Below, piece after piece: positions 9,535 through 19,192 of a stretch of 64,000 bases of DNA (position 1 is its first letter; each line of letters begins with the position of its first letter). The stretch spans positions 896,001 to 960,000 of the forward strand of contig CAVQBK010000003.1 in assembly GCA_963710755.1 (NCBI GenBank), given 5' to 3'. Under the pieces are notes generated by a model. It did not search any database, was not told the origin of the DNA, and saw only the letters and a program-made list of their open reading frames with translations. The position numbers were made by a program, and so were the translations under genes. The stretch comes from an uncultured bacterium. GTDB taxonomy: Bacteria > Oederibacteriota > JAAXVQ01 > JAUVAV01.

Positions 9535-10653
9535 ATGAAAATCGCCGTTATCTCCCACAGTGCGGTCGTGCCCTTATACCGTGAAAAATTTCATCTTCTG
9601 GCCCAACAAGGTCTGGAGGTGCACTTGATCCTGCCCGCAGGCTGGCCCGAGGGCAGTCGGTGGATCAGCGCGCCAGCGCCTGGCTTGGAAGCCGGTATCA
9701 CGGTTCATGTGCTGCCAGGGTTGGGACTGGGCCGGGTCGGCGGTTTTTACTTGAAGGGCCTGGCCGGTTTGCTAAGGCGGTTGAAACCGGACTTAATTCA
9801 TGTTGAAGAAGAACCGTACGGTGTGGCCTGCTGGCAGGCCATGCAGGCTGCCCGCCGGTTGGGCTGTCCCTGGCTGTTTTTTACGTGGGAAAATATTTTG
9901 CGGCCCTACCGCTGGCCCATGGCTGCCATTGACCGCCAGGTCATGAAAAAATGCCAGTGGGCCATTGCCGGTAATCAAGAGGCCAGGGACATCTTAATGC
10001 AGCGCGGTCACCGGGGCACGCGAGTGGTCATTCCCCAGTATGGGGTAAATCCTGAAGTGTTTAAAAAACAAGACCAGTCAAGGCCAACCGCGGGCATGCC
10101 GCTTCGCCTGGCCTATTGCGGCCGTCTTTTAAAAGAAAAAGGCATTGAAACCCTGCTTCAGGCTGCGGCCAAACTGCAGGGTGAATGGCAATTAACCATC
10201 AGAGGCAACGGCCCTCATGCCATGGCGCTGCGCGCCCTGGTTCGTGACCTGGACCTGGACTCGAGGGTGAACTTTGAAGAGGCTGTGTCCAACAGCGCCA
10301 TGCCGCAAGTGCTGAATCAAATCGATGTCCTTGTGCTGCCGTCCTTAACCACCACCCATTGGAAAGAACAATTCGGCCGCATATTGATTGAAGCCATGAG
10401 CTGTGAAGTGGCGGTTATCGGCAGCTATTGCGGTGAGATTCCGCATGTGATCGGGGAGGCAGGTCGACTGTTTCCGGAAGGCAATGTGCAGGTCTTGCAT
10501 GACCAGCTTAAAGCCTTGAGGGAAGATTCGGCTTTGCGGGAAAACTTGGGACGCTTGGCCCGCCAACGGGTGGAAGCTCACTTTACCACCGCCAGGATCG
10601 TGGAAGCCACCGTAGCGCTTTATCAAAAAATGATGGCAGGGCAGAATCCATGA
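9535..10653 (+). CDS. Glycosyltransferase family 4
   Basis: 'HVEEEP', 'GRLLKEKG', 'PSLTT.HWKEQFGRILIEAM'. Confidence 0.9.
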   Translation: MKIAVISHSAVVPLYREKFHLLAQQGLEVHLILPAGWPEGSRWISAPAPGLEAGITVHVLPGLGLGRVGGFYLKGLAGLLRRLKPDLIHVEEEPYGVACWQAMQAARRLGCPWLFFTWENILRPYRWPMAAIDRQVMKKCQWAIAGNQEARDILMQRGHRGTRVVIPQYGVNPEVFKKQDQSRPTAGMPLRLAYCGRLLKEKGIETLLQAAAKLQGEWQLTIRGNGPHAMALRALVRDLDLDSRVNFEEAVSNSAMPQVLNQIDVLVLPSLTTTHWKEQFGRILIEAMSCEVAVIGSYCGEIPHVIGEAGRLFPEGNVQVLHDQLKALREDSALRENLGRLARQRVEAHFTTARIVEATVALYQKMMAGQNP

Positions 10654-11804
10654 AAATTGCTTTGATCGCCCGGGGTGTGCAACCTGGAGCCGGGATTGAA
10701 CGTTATACCTTTGAATTGGCCCGACGCCTGAGCGGCCGGCATGACGTAACGGTGATTACCCAGCCTCAGGAATATGCGGATTGCGGTGCGCGTCTGGTAC
10801 CGGTGAATACCGTAGCCCATCCCAAGTGGTTGTCCATCCTTGAGTTCAGCCGCCAGGCCGGGCTTTTAGCGCAGAAAGAAAAATTTGATATTGTCCACAC
10901 CCAGGGATCGGATGGCTTTTGGGGAGATGTGGTAACTGCCCATTCCAGTCATAAGGCGGGCATGCGGGCCTCTTTGAAAGTAAAGCCCACCTGCGGCAAT
11001 CATCTGAGAAAATGGTTAAGCCCTGCTCACCGCAGCGTACTTTGGCGCGAGCGCCAAGCGCTGACTTCGGCTTGGGCTATTGCCTCTGTGACCAAGCGTG
11101 TGGCCAGGCAGCTGCGGGCAGCTTATCCTGGACTGGACCATAAAAAAATGCATGTCGTTTATCCTGGGGTCAGCCCAGTGGGGCCGGACCAGCAGCAAGC
11201 AGTGATTGCAGGACAACAGCTTCGTCAACAGCTGGGCCTGTCGTCTCAGCATGTATTGTTCGTGTTGGTGGCCAATGATCCCAGGCTCAAAGGCGCCGTG
11301 CGCCTGATTCAAGGCCTGGCCCATTGTCAGCATCCTGGGACGCGGCTGCTCATCTGTTCAGCCAAGGGTCATCACCCTGACCTGCAGCAAGAGGCGGTCA
11401 GACAACAGGTGGCTAACAAGGTGTTTTTTTTAAACACTTCTGGCGGCGCCACTGCGGTTTATGCGGCTGCTGATGTGGTCACCAGCCTGCCTGATTATGA
11501 GTCCTTTGGCCTGGCACTGCTGGAAGGCATGGCTTGGGGCAAACCCCTGTTGACCAGCACCCAGGCAGGACTATTGGAAATCATCCACCATCAGCCGGAC
11601 ATTGGGCTGATCTTGCCTGCTCAAGTGAAGTCTGCGCAACTTGGCGCAGCCATGACCATAATCAGCGAACAACAAAACAATCGTGTCCAATGGGGAAGAC
11701 AGGCCCGACATTTGGCTGAAAGTCATGGGTGGGATCGGATGGCTGCAACCTTGGAAGGGATTTATCAACAAGTGCTGGCGCTGAAGAAGGATCGCCATGG
11801 ATAA
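10650..11804 (+). CDS. Glycosyltransferase family 4
   Basis: 'GAGIERY', 'YPGV', 'YESFGLALLEGMAWGKP'. Confidence 0.88.
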   Translation: MKIALIARGVQPGAGIERYTFELARRLSGRHDVTVITQPQEYADCGARLVPVNTVAHPKWLSILEFSRQAGLLAQKEKFDIVHTQGSDGFWGDVVTAHSSHKAGMRASLKVKPTCGNHLRKWLSPAHRSVLWRERQALTSAWAIASVTKRVARQLRAAYPGLDHKKMHVVYPGVSPVGPDQQQAVIAGQQLRQQLGLSSQHVLFVLVANDPRLKGAVRLIQGLAHCQHPGTRLLICSAKGHHPDLQQEAVRQQVANKVFFLNTSGGATAVYAAADVVTSLPDYESFGLALLEGMAWGKPLLTSTQAGLLEIIHHQPDIGLILPAQVKSAQLGAAMTIISEQQNNRVQWGRQARHLAESHGWDRMAATLEGIYQQVLALKKDRHG

Positions 11805-13299
11805 TATAACTCTTAACCGTCGCCCTCAGGTCTGGTTTTGGCCCCTGGTTTTAAGCGCCGGGGCGCTTGTGCGCTTTTTTCATTTGGGACAACGGGCCAT
11901 CTGGCTTGATGAAGCCTACAGTCTTAATCTGGCAGGGCACTCCTTTGGCGGAATCATCCACGGCGCGGCTATGGATATACATCCGCCTCTCTTTCATCTG
12001 CTCCTGGCAGTATGGATTAAGGTTTTTGGCAGCAGTGAATGGGGCCTAAGAAGCTTGTCCGCCTGCCTGGGCCTGCTCCTGATTCCAGTGGTTTATCAGT
12101 TGGTCAAAAGGTTGGCCAACCAGGGGGCCGCGCAACTGGCGGCCTTGCTGGCAGCTTTTTCACCCTACTTTATCGAACTCTCCCGGGTTGGACGCATGCC
12201 GGCCCTGCTGGCGCTGTTGCAGGCACTGGCCTTGTTATTTTTCTGGCGCTTTTTGGGTACGGGTAAGCTTAAAGACATGATCCTGTTTTTCATCATCATG
12301 TTGGCTGCGCTTTATACCCATTACTTTGCCTTTTTGCTGCTCGGCTCTTTTTATGTGTTTATCTTTATGGGTATTGGCAAATTAAAGCTCAGCCGCGACC
12401 TTCGCCAAAAATGGTTCCTGCTGCAATTCGCCCTGATAGCAGGTTATGCTCCCTGGCTGGTAACCTTGTGGGATCATTTTCTAAAAGGCGGTCCTGGTTG
12501 GCGCGGCATGGGGGCAACCTGGACTGCACCGCTTAAGCTGATCTATCATCTGCTGCTTTCCACCAGTTGTTACACCAGTCTGCAAAAAGCCCTGGCCGCG
12601 GGACTGCTACTGCTCGGCCTGGGGCTGACGACCTGGGCTTTGCGGCATCGCCTGCGGGTGCTTTATCAACAGCTGCCGGCCAGACTGTGGGGCTTGCTGG
12701 TCACGATTTTGCTGTTCACCATAGGGGTGGTATGGCTTTACTCCCGGCACAGACTTAATGTTTTTGACCATCGCTATCTCAGCAGCGTGGCCTTGGTGCT
12801 GGTGGTGATATTCAGCACGGCTCTTAATCTCCTGGAGAGCAAGCGTAAAGCCGCAGGTTTACTTTTGGTACTGGCTGGTTTTGCCATTCCTGGGTATAAT
12901 CAACTTTTCCATCAACTTTACTTTGATGATTGGCGCGCGGCCGCCAGGGTCATCGGCCAGGAACACAGCGAACAAACCGTGGTGGCGGTTTATCCACCCT
13001 GGAATGAAACGCCTCTTAATTATTATTTAAAAAACACAGTCAAGCTGGCCCCGTTGCCAGGCCGTTATGACGCCATCACAGGACTAACCGAGCCCTATTA
13101 TATAATCAACGAAGCGTCCCTGCCCCAAGTCAGTGCCAGGCTGCAAGGGGCGGATCAGGTGGTGCTGTTACTGGTCAATGAAGGTGGGGCGCAGGCGGTG
13201 CTGGCCCATTGGTTTGAACAGCATTATCATCTTGCCTGGCACAAAACCCTGGGCGGTCTCCATCTTTGGTCAGGCCGCCGCATGCAGGAGGAGCCATGA
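11797..13299 (+). CDS. GT39/ArnT (PMT-like) membrane glycosyltransferase
   Basis: 'LGQRAIWLDEAYS', 'DIHPPLFHLLL..W..VFG.SEWGLRSLS', 'ALYTHYFA'; multi-TM. Confidence 0.85.
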   Translation: MDNITLNRRPQVWFWPLVLSAGALVRFFHLGQRAIWLDEAYSLNLAGHSFGGIIHGAAMDIHPPLFHLLLAVWIKVFGSSEWGLRSLSACLGLLLIPVVYQLVKRLANQGAAQLAALLAAFSPYFIELSRVGRMPALLALLQALALLFFWRFLGTGKLKDMILFFIIMLAALYTHYFAFLLLGSFYVFIFMGIGKLKLSRDLRQKWFLLQFALIAGYAPWLVTLWDHFLKGGPGWRGMGATWTAPLKLIYHLLLSTSCYTSLQKALAAGLLLLGLGLTTWALRHRLRVLYQQLPARLWGLLVTILLFTIGVVWLYSRHRLNVFDHRYLSSVALVLVVIFSTALNLLESKRKAAGLLLVLAGFAIPGYNQLFHQLYFDDWRAAARVIGQEHSEQTVVAVYPPWNETPLNYYLKNTVKLAPLPGRYDAITGLTEPYYIINEASLPQVSARLQGADQVVLLLVNEGGAQAVLAHWFEQHYHLAWHKTLGGLHLWSGRRMQEEP

Positions 13300-14426
13300 G
13301 TTTGAGATACCCACGCGGCACCAGGCCCTATGTGTTTCAGTCGCCTTGGATGCAGCGGGCCATGGCTGCTGTTGACTTTATGGGGACCGTGATCACCGGC
13401 GGCGGCCTGAAAGTACCGGCGCCGGTACTGCATGATCCGCGTCACATTTTGGTGGTGCGCCTCGACCATTTGGGGGATTTACTTTTTTCCAGGCCTGCTT
13501 TGGAAGCTCTGCGCCTGGCCTATCCGCGGGCGCGCATCACCCTCATGCTCTCGCCAGCCACGGCGGACCTGATGCGCCTCGATCCTGCCATAGATGATCT
13601 GCTTATCTGGGAGGCACCCTGGTTCAGCCGCAGCGGCCGGCCTGGACGCGACTCCGGCTACCGCGAATTGGTCAAAGCCTTGCGGACGCTAAAATTGGAT
13701 CTTTCCCTTGATCTTAGAGGAGATCTACGGCATCATATACTGCTTTCTCTGGCAGGCGTTAAATGCCGCGTTGGCCATACCATCACTGGCGGCCGTTTTT
13801 TACTGCACCGGCCAGTGGCCTTGCGGCCCGGGGTGCATGAGGTGGAGCGCAATCTGGACGTGGTGCGCAGCCTGGGGCACAGCGCCAATCCGGTCAGTTA
13901 TCCGCCTTTGGCCCTGAAGCAGGAGGAATCGGCTCAAGGCCGGCAATGGTGGGGCAAGGCCAGACGCAGAGTGGTGGTGCATACCAGTGCCGGTGATCCG
14001 CAAAAATGCTGGCCGCAAGACTATTTCCGCCTGCTTCTGGAAGGATTAAGCCAACGAGGCTGCGAAGTGGTGCTGGTGGGCACAGCCAATGAAAAACAGA
14101 GGAACGAGGCATTGTTGAAAGCCTGCAGCTCAGCCAAAACCATTAAGAATGCCTGCGGGCAAACCAATTTAAGAAGCCTGGCGGCCTTGATAACCCATGC
14201 CCATTTGTTTATTGGTCATGATTCCGGGCCGGCCCATATGGCCGTCACCCAGGGCACCAACACCATCATGCTTTGGAGTCAGACCAATGCGCCAGAAGAA
14301 TGGGGTCCATGGGGTGAGCAGGCCCGGGCTGTGGTCCTCAAGCAGGCTGATTTGGAGGCCACGACAGCCCAAATTCTGGCAACAGCAGATGATATGCTGA
14401 AGCCATTAAAATCCTTTAACCCATGA
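13296..14426 (+). CDS. Glycosyltransferase family 9 (heptosyltransferase-like)
   Basis: 'ILVVRLDHLGDLL', 'HEVERN', 'KCWP', 'FIGHDSGPAHMA'. Confidence 0.88.
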   Translation: MSLRYPRGTRPYVFQSPWMQRAMAAVDFMGTVITGGGLKVPAPVLHDPRHILVVRLDHLGDLLFSRPALEALRLAYPRARITLMLSPATADLMRLDPAIDDLLIWEAPWFSRSGRPGRDSGYRELVKALRTLKLDLSLDLRGDLRHHILLSLAGVKCRVGHTITGGRFLLHRPVALRPGVHEVERNLDVVRSLGHSANPVSYPPLALKQEESAQGRQWWGKARRRVVVHTSAGDPQKCWPQDYFRLLLEGLSQRGCEVVLVGTANEKQRNEALLKACSSAKTIKNACGQTNLRSLAALITHAHLFIGHDSGPAHMAVTQGTNTIMLWSQTNAPEEWGPWGEQARAVVLKQADLEATTAQILATADDMLKPLKSFNP

Positions 14427-15601
14427 AACGTATCATTACTATTCTAATAAAATGGTTGGTCAAACTGCTGCTGCCGTCACGGCCTTTAGTGGCAGCCCAC
14501 CTTCACAAGGTTTTGATTATCAAGCTCTGCTGCATTGGGGATGTGCTGTTCACCACGCCGCTGGTCAGAGCGCTCAAGGACTGGCAGCCCAGGCTGGAGC
14601 TGACCTACATGGTAAGCTCCTGGTGCAGACCCCTGGCGGAGGCCATGCCGGAAGTGGCCCAGGTTCTGGAATTCAATGCCTATGAACGTCACAGCTGGTG
14701 GCAAAAGTTAAAGCTCAGTTGGGCTATGGTAAGCACCATCAGAAAACAAGGTTTTGATCTGGCCATTGTGCTTCACCGCACGTCTTTGGCCGGACTCTTG
14801 CCGGCCTTGGCCGGCGTGCCGGTGCGCATTGGGTTTGACTGGCAGGGTCAGGGCTTCAGCCATACTCATCCGGTTAAGTTTGATCCTAAGATGCATGAAA
14901 TCGACCGGCACTTGGCTTGCCTGCAGCCTCTGGGTATTGCCAGCCGGGATAAACAACCTCGTTTAGGGCCCGATGAGCCGGCCCGCCAGGCTGCGTGCGC
15001 GCTATTGCAGCCGGCCGGCAGCATGGCGACATCCGGGCCCATGATCGTGCTATTTCCCGGCGGGGGTATTAATCCGGGCACAGTGATGACCAGTAAACGG
15101 TGGACCCTGGAAGGCTACCGTACCTTGGGAACCCTGTTACAGGAACGCTATGGGGCCCGGCTGGTATTGGTTGGCAATGGGGACGACCGAAGTCTGAATG
15201 ACCAGCTTTTAAAAGCAGCACCCTGGGCCAAGAATGTACTGCGGCTGGAGGGCCAAACCACGTTGATGACCCTGGCGGCGGTGCTCCAGCAATGCGACTT
15301 GTTTATTGGCGGGGATTCAGGTCCTCTGCATTTGGCGGATGCCGTGGGTTGCAGCACGGTCTCCTTGTTTGGACCGACTGATCCGAATTTGCTGGCACCC
15401 CGTGGAGCTCGTCACCGGGTGGTGCGTAAGGTCCTGCCGTGCTCGCCCTGTTTCACCCCCCTCGATCTGGACCGAACCACGTGCCGGCAAGGCGCCTTGC
15501 TGTGCATGACCTCCATTGAGGCTGAAGAAGTTTTAGCAGCAGCGCAAGATTTATTACACGAGAAAGGATTTTTCGCCCGTGAAAGTAGCATTGGTTCATG
15601 A
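14423..15601 (+). CDS. Glycosyltransferase family 9 (WaaF-like heptosyltransferase)
   Basis: 'LIIKLCCIGDVLFTTP', 'KRW', 'GGDSGPLHLA.A.G..TVSLFGPTDP', 'CSPC...C...CM'. Confidence 0.88.
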   Translation: MKRIITILIKWLVKLLLPSRPLVAAHLHKVLIIKLCCIGDVLFTTPLVRALKDWQPRLELTYMVSSWCRPLAEAMPEVAQVLEFNAYERHSWWQKLKLSWAMVSTIRKQGFDLAIVLHRTSLAGLLPALAGVPVRIGFDWQGQGFSHTHPVKFDPKMHEIDRHLACLQPLGIASRDKQPRLGPDEPARQAACALLQPAGSMATSGPMIVLFPGGGINPGTVMTSKRWTLEGYRTLGTLLQERYGARLVLVGNGDDRSLNDQLLKAAPWAKNVLRLEGQTTLMTLAAVLQQCDLFIGGDSGPLHLADAVGCSTVSLFGPTDPNLLAPRGARHRVVRKVLPCSPCFTPLDLDRTTCRQGALLCMTSIEAEEVLAAAQDLLHEKGFFARESSIGS

Positions 15602-16682
15602 TTGGTTAAATGGTATGCGTGGTGGCGAGAAAGTCCTGGAGGGCTTATGCAGTCTCTACCCGGAAGCTGATCTGTACACCCTGCTTTATGACCGTTCCAA
15701 ATTATCGCCGACGATCACCAGCCACAAGGTCTTTACCTCGTTTATCCAGCGCTTGCCGGGTGCTAAAAAATTCTATCGTCACTACCTGCCGTTGTTTCCC
15801 TCGGCCATCGAGCAGTTTGATCTACGCGCTTATGAACTGGTGATCTCCACCTCTCATTGCGTGGCCAAAGGCGTGCTGACGGCACCGGGCACGCTTCACC
15901 TGTGTTACTGCCATACGCCCATGCGCTATGCCTGGGAGCAATATCATGAATATTTTCCGTCCGCCAAAATGAATTGGCTTCAAAAACTGGTGGTGCCCGC
16001 AGCCATGACCGGTCTGAGGCAGTGGGATGTGGTTTCCAGCCAACGGGTGGATCGCTTTTTTGCCAATTCCCGTCATGTGGCCAAGCGCATTAAAAAATAT
16101 TACGGACGGGAAGCCCAGGTGGTGCACCCGCCGGTAGAGGGCGGGCGCTTTTACATCAGTGACCAGCCCAAGACCTACTATCTGGTGGTTTCGGCTATGG
16201 TGCCCTATAAACGGCTGGACCGGGCGGTAAGGGCTTTCAACCAGTTGAAAAAGCCTTTAGTTATGGTAGGCCACGGTCCGGAAATGAAGGCTTTGAAAAA
16301 AATGGCCGGTCCGACCATCACCTTTGTGCCCAAATGTGATGATCAGGCTTTGACGGATTATTATGCCAACTGCAAGGCTTTTATTTTCCCGGGAGAAGAA
16401 GACTTTGGCATTACCCCGCTCGAGGCTATGGCCGCGGGCCGGCCGGTCATTGCCCTCGGTCAGGGCGGAGCTCTGGAAACCGTGGTGCCCGGCAAAACCG
16501 GTCTTTTCTTTCAGGAACCCACGGCCGAGGCTTTGGCCCGGGCGGTAACTGAAGCCGAGGCCATAAACTGGCAGCCCCTGCTTATTCGCGAACATGCCCT
16601 GCATTTTGACCGCGCGATGTTTCAGGAACAGTTGCACCGGGCTATTGAGCAGGCCAGGCTTGAACTGAAGGAGCAAGACTGA
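15579..16682 (+). CDS. Glycosyltransferase family 4 (mannosyltransferase-like)
   Basis: 'VALVHDWLNGMRGGEKVL', 'YCHTPMRYAW', 'EEDFGITPLEAMAAGRPVIA'. Confidence 0.92.
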   Translation: MKVALVHDWLNGMRGGEKVLEGLCSLYPEADLYTLLYDRSKLSPTITSHKVFTSFIQRLPGAKKFYRHYLPLFPSAIEQFDLRAYELVISTSHCVAKGVLTAPGTLHLCYCHTPMRYAWEQYHEYFPSAKMNWLQKLVVPAAMTGLRQWDVVSSQRVDRFFANSRHVAKRIKKYYGREAQVVHPPVEGGRFYISDQPKTYYLVVSAMVPYKRLDRAVRAFNQLKKPLVMVGHGPEMKALKKMAGPTITFVPKCDDQALTDYYANCKAFIFPGEEDFGITPLEAMAAGRPVIALGQGGALETVVPGKTGLFFQEPTAEALARAVTEAEAINWQPLLIREHALHFDRAMFQEQLHRAIEQARLELKEQD

Positions 16683-18088
16683 TGGCCAGACAAGGACTGA
16701 ACAAGGTTTTTTTTAATCTGACCTGGATGGCTGATCTGTTGGCCCTCTGGCTGGCAGTGACCGCTGCTTACTTCATCCGCTTTTCCGGGTGGCCCATTCC
16801 TTTAAGCCATGATGTGCCTTCCTTGCACCTTTATCTCAGGACTTACCCGGTCATTGGACTGGTTCTGCTCATGTGCAATCAATATACCGGCATGTACCAG
16901 CAACGCCGCGGTATTTCAGGTATTGACGAATTGTCCCGCATCACCCGCGCCGTGACCGTGGCCTTTTTGCTGATTACAGGGTTCACCTATTTTTACAGCC
17001 GCGTAACTTATTCCAGGATCGTCGTGGTATACGGCTGGGTATTGACCATCGCTGCTGTGACCCTACTGCGCTCTTGGCTTAGGCGCTTGCAGGTGACCTT
17101 GCGTCGCCGTGGGGTAGGGGTGGCGCGCCTGGCGGTGGTGGGTCTGACGCCGGGCGCCGCGTCTTTGGCTCAGCAGATCAAGCGCCGGCCCGGTTTGGGC
17201 TACCGCATAATCGGCTTTATTGCTGAAACCGCAGGCAGCCCCAGGCAATGGCAGCAAATGCCGGTGTTGGGGACCATGACCAAATTGGATAAGATTATCG
17301 CTGATCATCATTTGGATGAGATTATCTTTGCCTTGCCGGCGGGTGCGCACGCCAAAATGCAGGCGCTGCTTATTAATCCCAAGCACCAGGAGGTTAAATT
17401 TAAAATTTTGTCCGATTTGTTCGGACTGATTACCAACCCTGCCACTGTGGATGACATTGCCGGCATTCCCATTTTCGCCCTGAAGGAAACACCGCTGGCA
17501 CAGATGAGCGCCCGCATCCAGAAACGCCTCTTTGATCTGGCGCTTACCGTGCCGGCCCTGGTGCTGCTGTCGCCGCTGCTGTCGGTCATTGCCCTGGCGG
17601 TCAAACTCTCTTCACCGGGACCGGTGTTATATAAACAGGAACGCATCAGCCGCGGCAACAAGCCCTTCATGGTCTGGAAGTTCCGCTCCATGCGCCAGAA
17701 CGCGGAAAAAAAGACAGGTCCTGTGTGGGCGACCAAAAAGGACAGCCGCGTGACCCTGGTGGGGGGCTTTTTACGCAAGACCTCGCTTGACGAATTGCCG
17801 CAACTCTTTAATATATTGAAAGGCGAAATGAGCCTGGTTGGCCCCAGGCCGGAGAGGCCTCATTTTGTGGAGCAGTTCAAGGATGCTATTCCTCATTACC
17901 TGGAGCGTCATCAGGTCAAGGCCGGGCTGACCGGTTGGGCACAAGTGCATGGCCTTAGGGGCAACACGCCTATTGAGGAGCGCACCACCTATGATTTGTG
18001 GTATGTGGAGAACTGGTCGCTCATTTTGGACCTTAAAATCATCATCCGAACGGCCCTGGAATTTCTCCATCATTCGGATGCCTATTAG
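16682..18088 (+). CDS. Undecaprenyl-phosphate glucose phosphotransferase (WcaJ-like priming GT)
   Basis: 'KRLFD', 'YKQER', 'KFRSM', 'LRKTSLDELPQL.NILKGEMSLVGPRPE', 'GLTGWAQV.G.RG', 'YDLWYVENWS'. Confidence 0.92.
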   Translation: MARQGLNKVFFNLTWMADLLALWLAVTAAYFIRFSGWPIPLSHDVPSLHLYLRTYPVIGLVLLMCNQYTGMYQQRRGISGIDELSRITRAVTVAFLLITGFTYFYSRVTYSRIVVVYGWVLTIAAVTLLRSWLRRLQVTLRRRGVGVARLAVVGLTPGAASLAQQIKRRPGLGYRIIGFIAETAGSPRQWQQMPVLGTMTKLDKIIADHHLDEIIFALPAGAHAKMQALLINPKHQEVKFKILSDLFGLITNPATVDDIAGIPIFALKETPLAQMSARIQKRLFDLALTVPALVLLSPLLSVIALAVKLSSPGPVLYKQERISRGNKPFMVWKFRSMRQNAEKKTGPVWATKKDSRVTLVGGFLRKTSLDELPQLFNILKGEMSLVGPRPERPHFVEQFKDAIPHYLERHQVKAGLTGWAQVHGLRGNTPIEERTTYDLWYVENWSLILDLKIIIRTALEFLHHSDAY

Positions 18089-18256
18089 CGTCTATGTCCC
18101 AAGGCTATAAGCTTTTGGCGCAGATAATACCCGGATCAAGATCAAAAGTATTCTTACGCAAAGCAAGACCCTAGTATAGATCTTTTTCTTTGGTGGGCGG
18201 CTTGGCGTGAGGCCAATTTTTTATTCCGGCTCTGCCGGATCAAAGGAGGTTGAACA

Positions 18257-19192
18257 ATGAAAATTTTAGTAACCGGTGGGGCGGGGTTTATTGCTTCCCA
18301 TGTCGTGGATGCCTATGTTCAGGCCGGTCATGAAGTGGCGGTGGTGGATGATCTCTCGTCAGGCAACATTGATTATGTCAATCCGCGGGTGCGGTTTTAC
18401 CAGGTGGATATTGCCAATCCCAAATTGGAGGAAATTTTTGCCGATTTTAAACCCCAGCTGGTCAATCATCACGCCGCTCAGATTTCAGTGCCTCATTCCG
18501 TGGATGCGCCCCAGGAGGACGCCCGGGTCAACGTGATAGGCGTGGTCAATTTACTGGAATGCTGCCGCAAGCATAAAGTGGCCAAGGTCATTTACGTCTC
18601 GTCCGGTGGCGTGGTTTACGGGGAGCCGGAGCGGCTGCCGGCGGAGGAGAGTTTTCCCTTGCAGCCGGCTTCGCCCTATGGCATTTCCAAATATGCCGGT
18701 GAGCTTTATCTTAGTTTTTTTGCCCGCCAATGCGGTCTGCGCTATGTGGTTTTTCGTTACAGCAATGTGTACGGCCCCAGGCAAATGCCGCATGGGGAAG
18801 CAGGGGTGGTCTCCATTTTTATTAAAACCCTGTTGGCCGGCAAAACACCGGTTATTTACGGTGACGGTTCTTGTGTACGCGACTATGTTTTTGTGGGCGA
18901 CGTGGTGGAGGCCAATTTAAAAGCCGTGGAAAAGGGTGAAAATATTGCCCTCAATATCGGCACCGGCCAGCCGACCAATGTCAATCAGCTATACGCCAGT
19001 ATTAAACAAGTGATGGCGACCAGCGTGGAGGCAGATCATGGCCCGGCGCGGCGCGGTGATTTACAGGCCAACTACCTTAATGCCGATTTAGCCCGGGAAA
19101 AACTCGGTTGGCGTCCTAAAACCAGTTTGGCCGAAGGCATTGGCCTCACTTATGATTATTTTAAAAATCAGCTGGAAGGAGCGCGCCCGTGA
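18257..19192 (+). CDS. NAD-dependent epimerase/dehydratase (UDP-glucose 4-epimerase-like)
   Basis: 'TGGAGFIASH', 'HHAAQ.SV', 'SPYGISK', 'NVYGPRQ', 'RDYVFV.D'; RBS aaggagg. Confidence 0.9.
   Translation: MKILVTGGAGFIASHVVDAYVQAGHEVAVVDDLSSGNIDYVNPRVRFYQVDIANPKLEEIFADFKPQLVNHHAAQISVPHSVDAPQEDARVNVIGVVNLLECCRKHKVAKVIYVSSGGVVYGEPERLPAEESFPLQPASPYGISKYAGELYLSFFARQCGLRYVVFRYSNVYGPRQMPHGEAGVVSIFIKTLLAGKTPVIYGDGSCVRDYVFVGDVVEANLKAVEKGENIALNIGTGQPTNVNQLYASIKQVMATSVEADHGPARRGDLQANYLNADLAREKLGWRPKTSLAEGIGLTYDYFKNQLEGARP

Noticed and set aside
18257-19192. Ceramide reductase CerR
   Set aside because: Motifs and context fit a GalE-like nucleotide-sugar epimerase in the glycan cluster.
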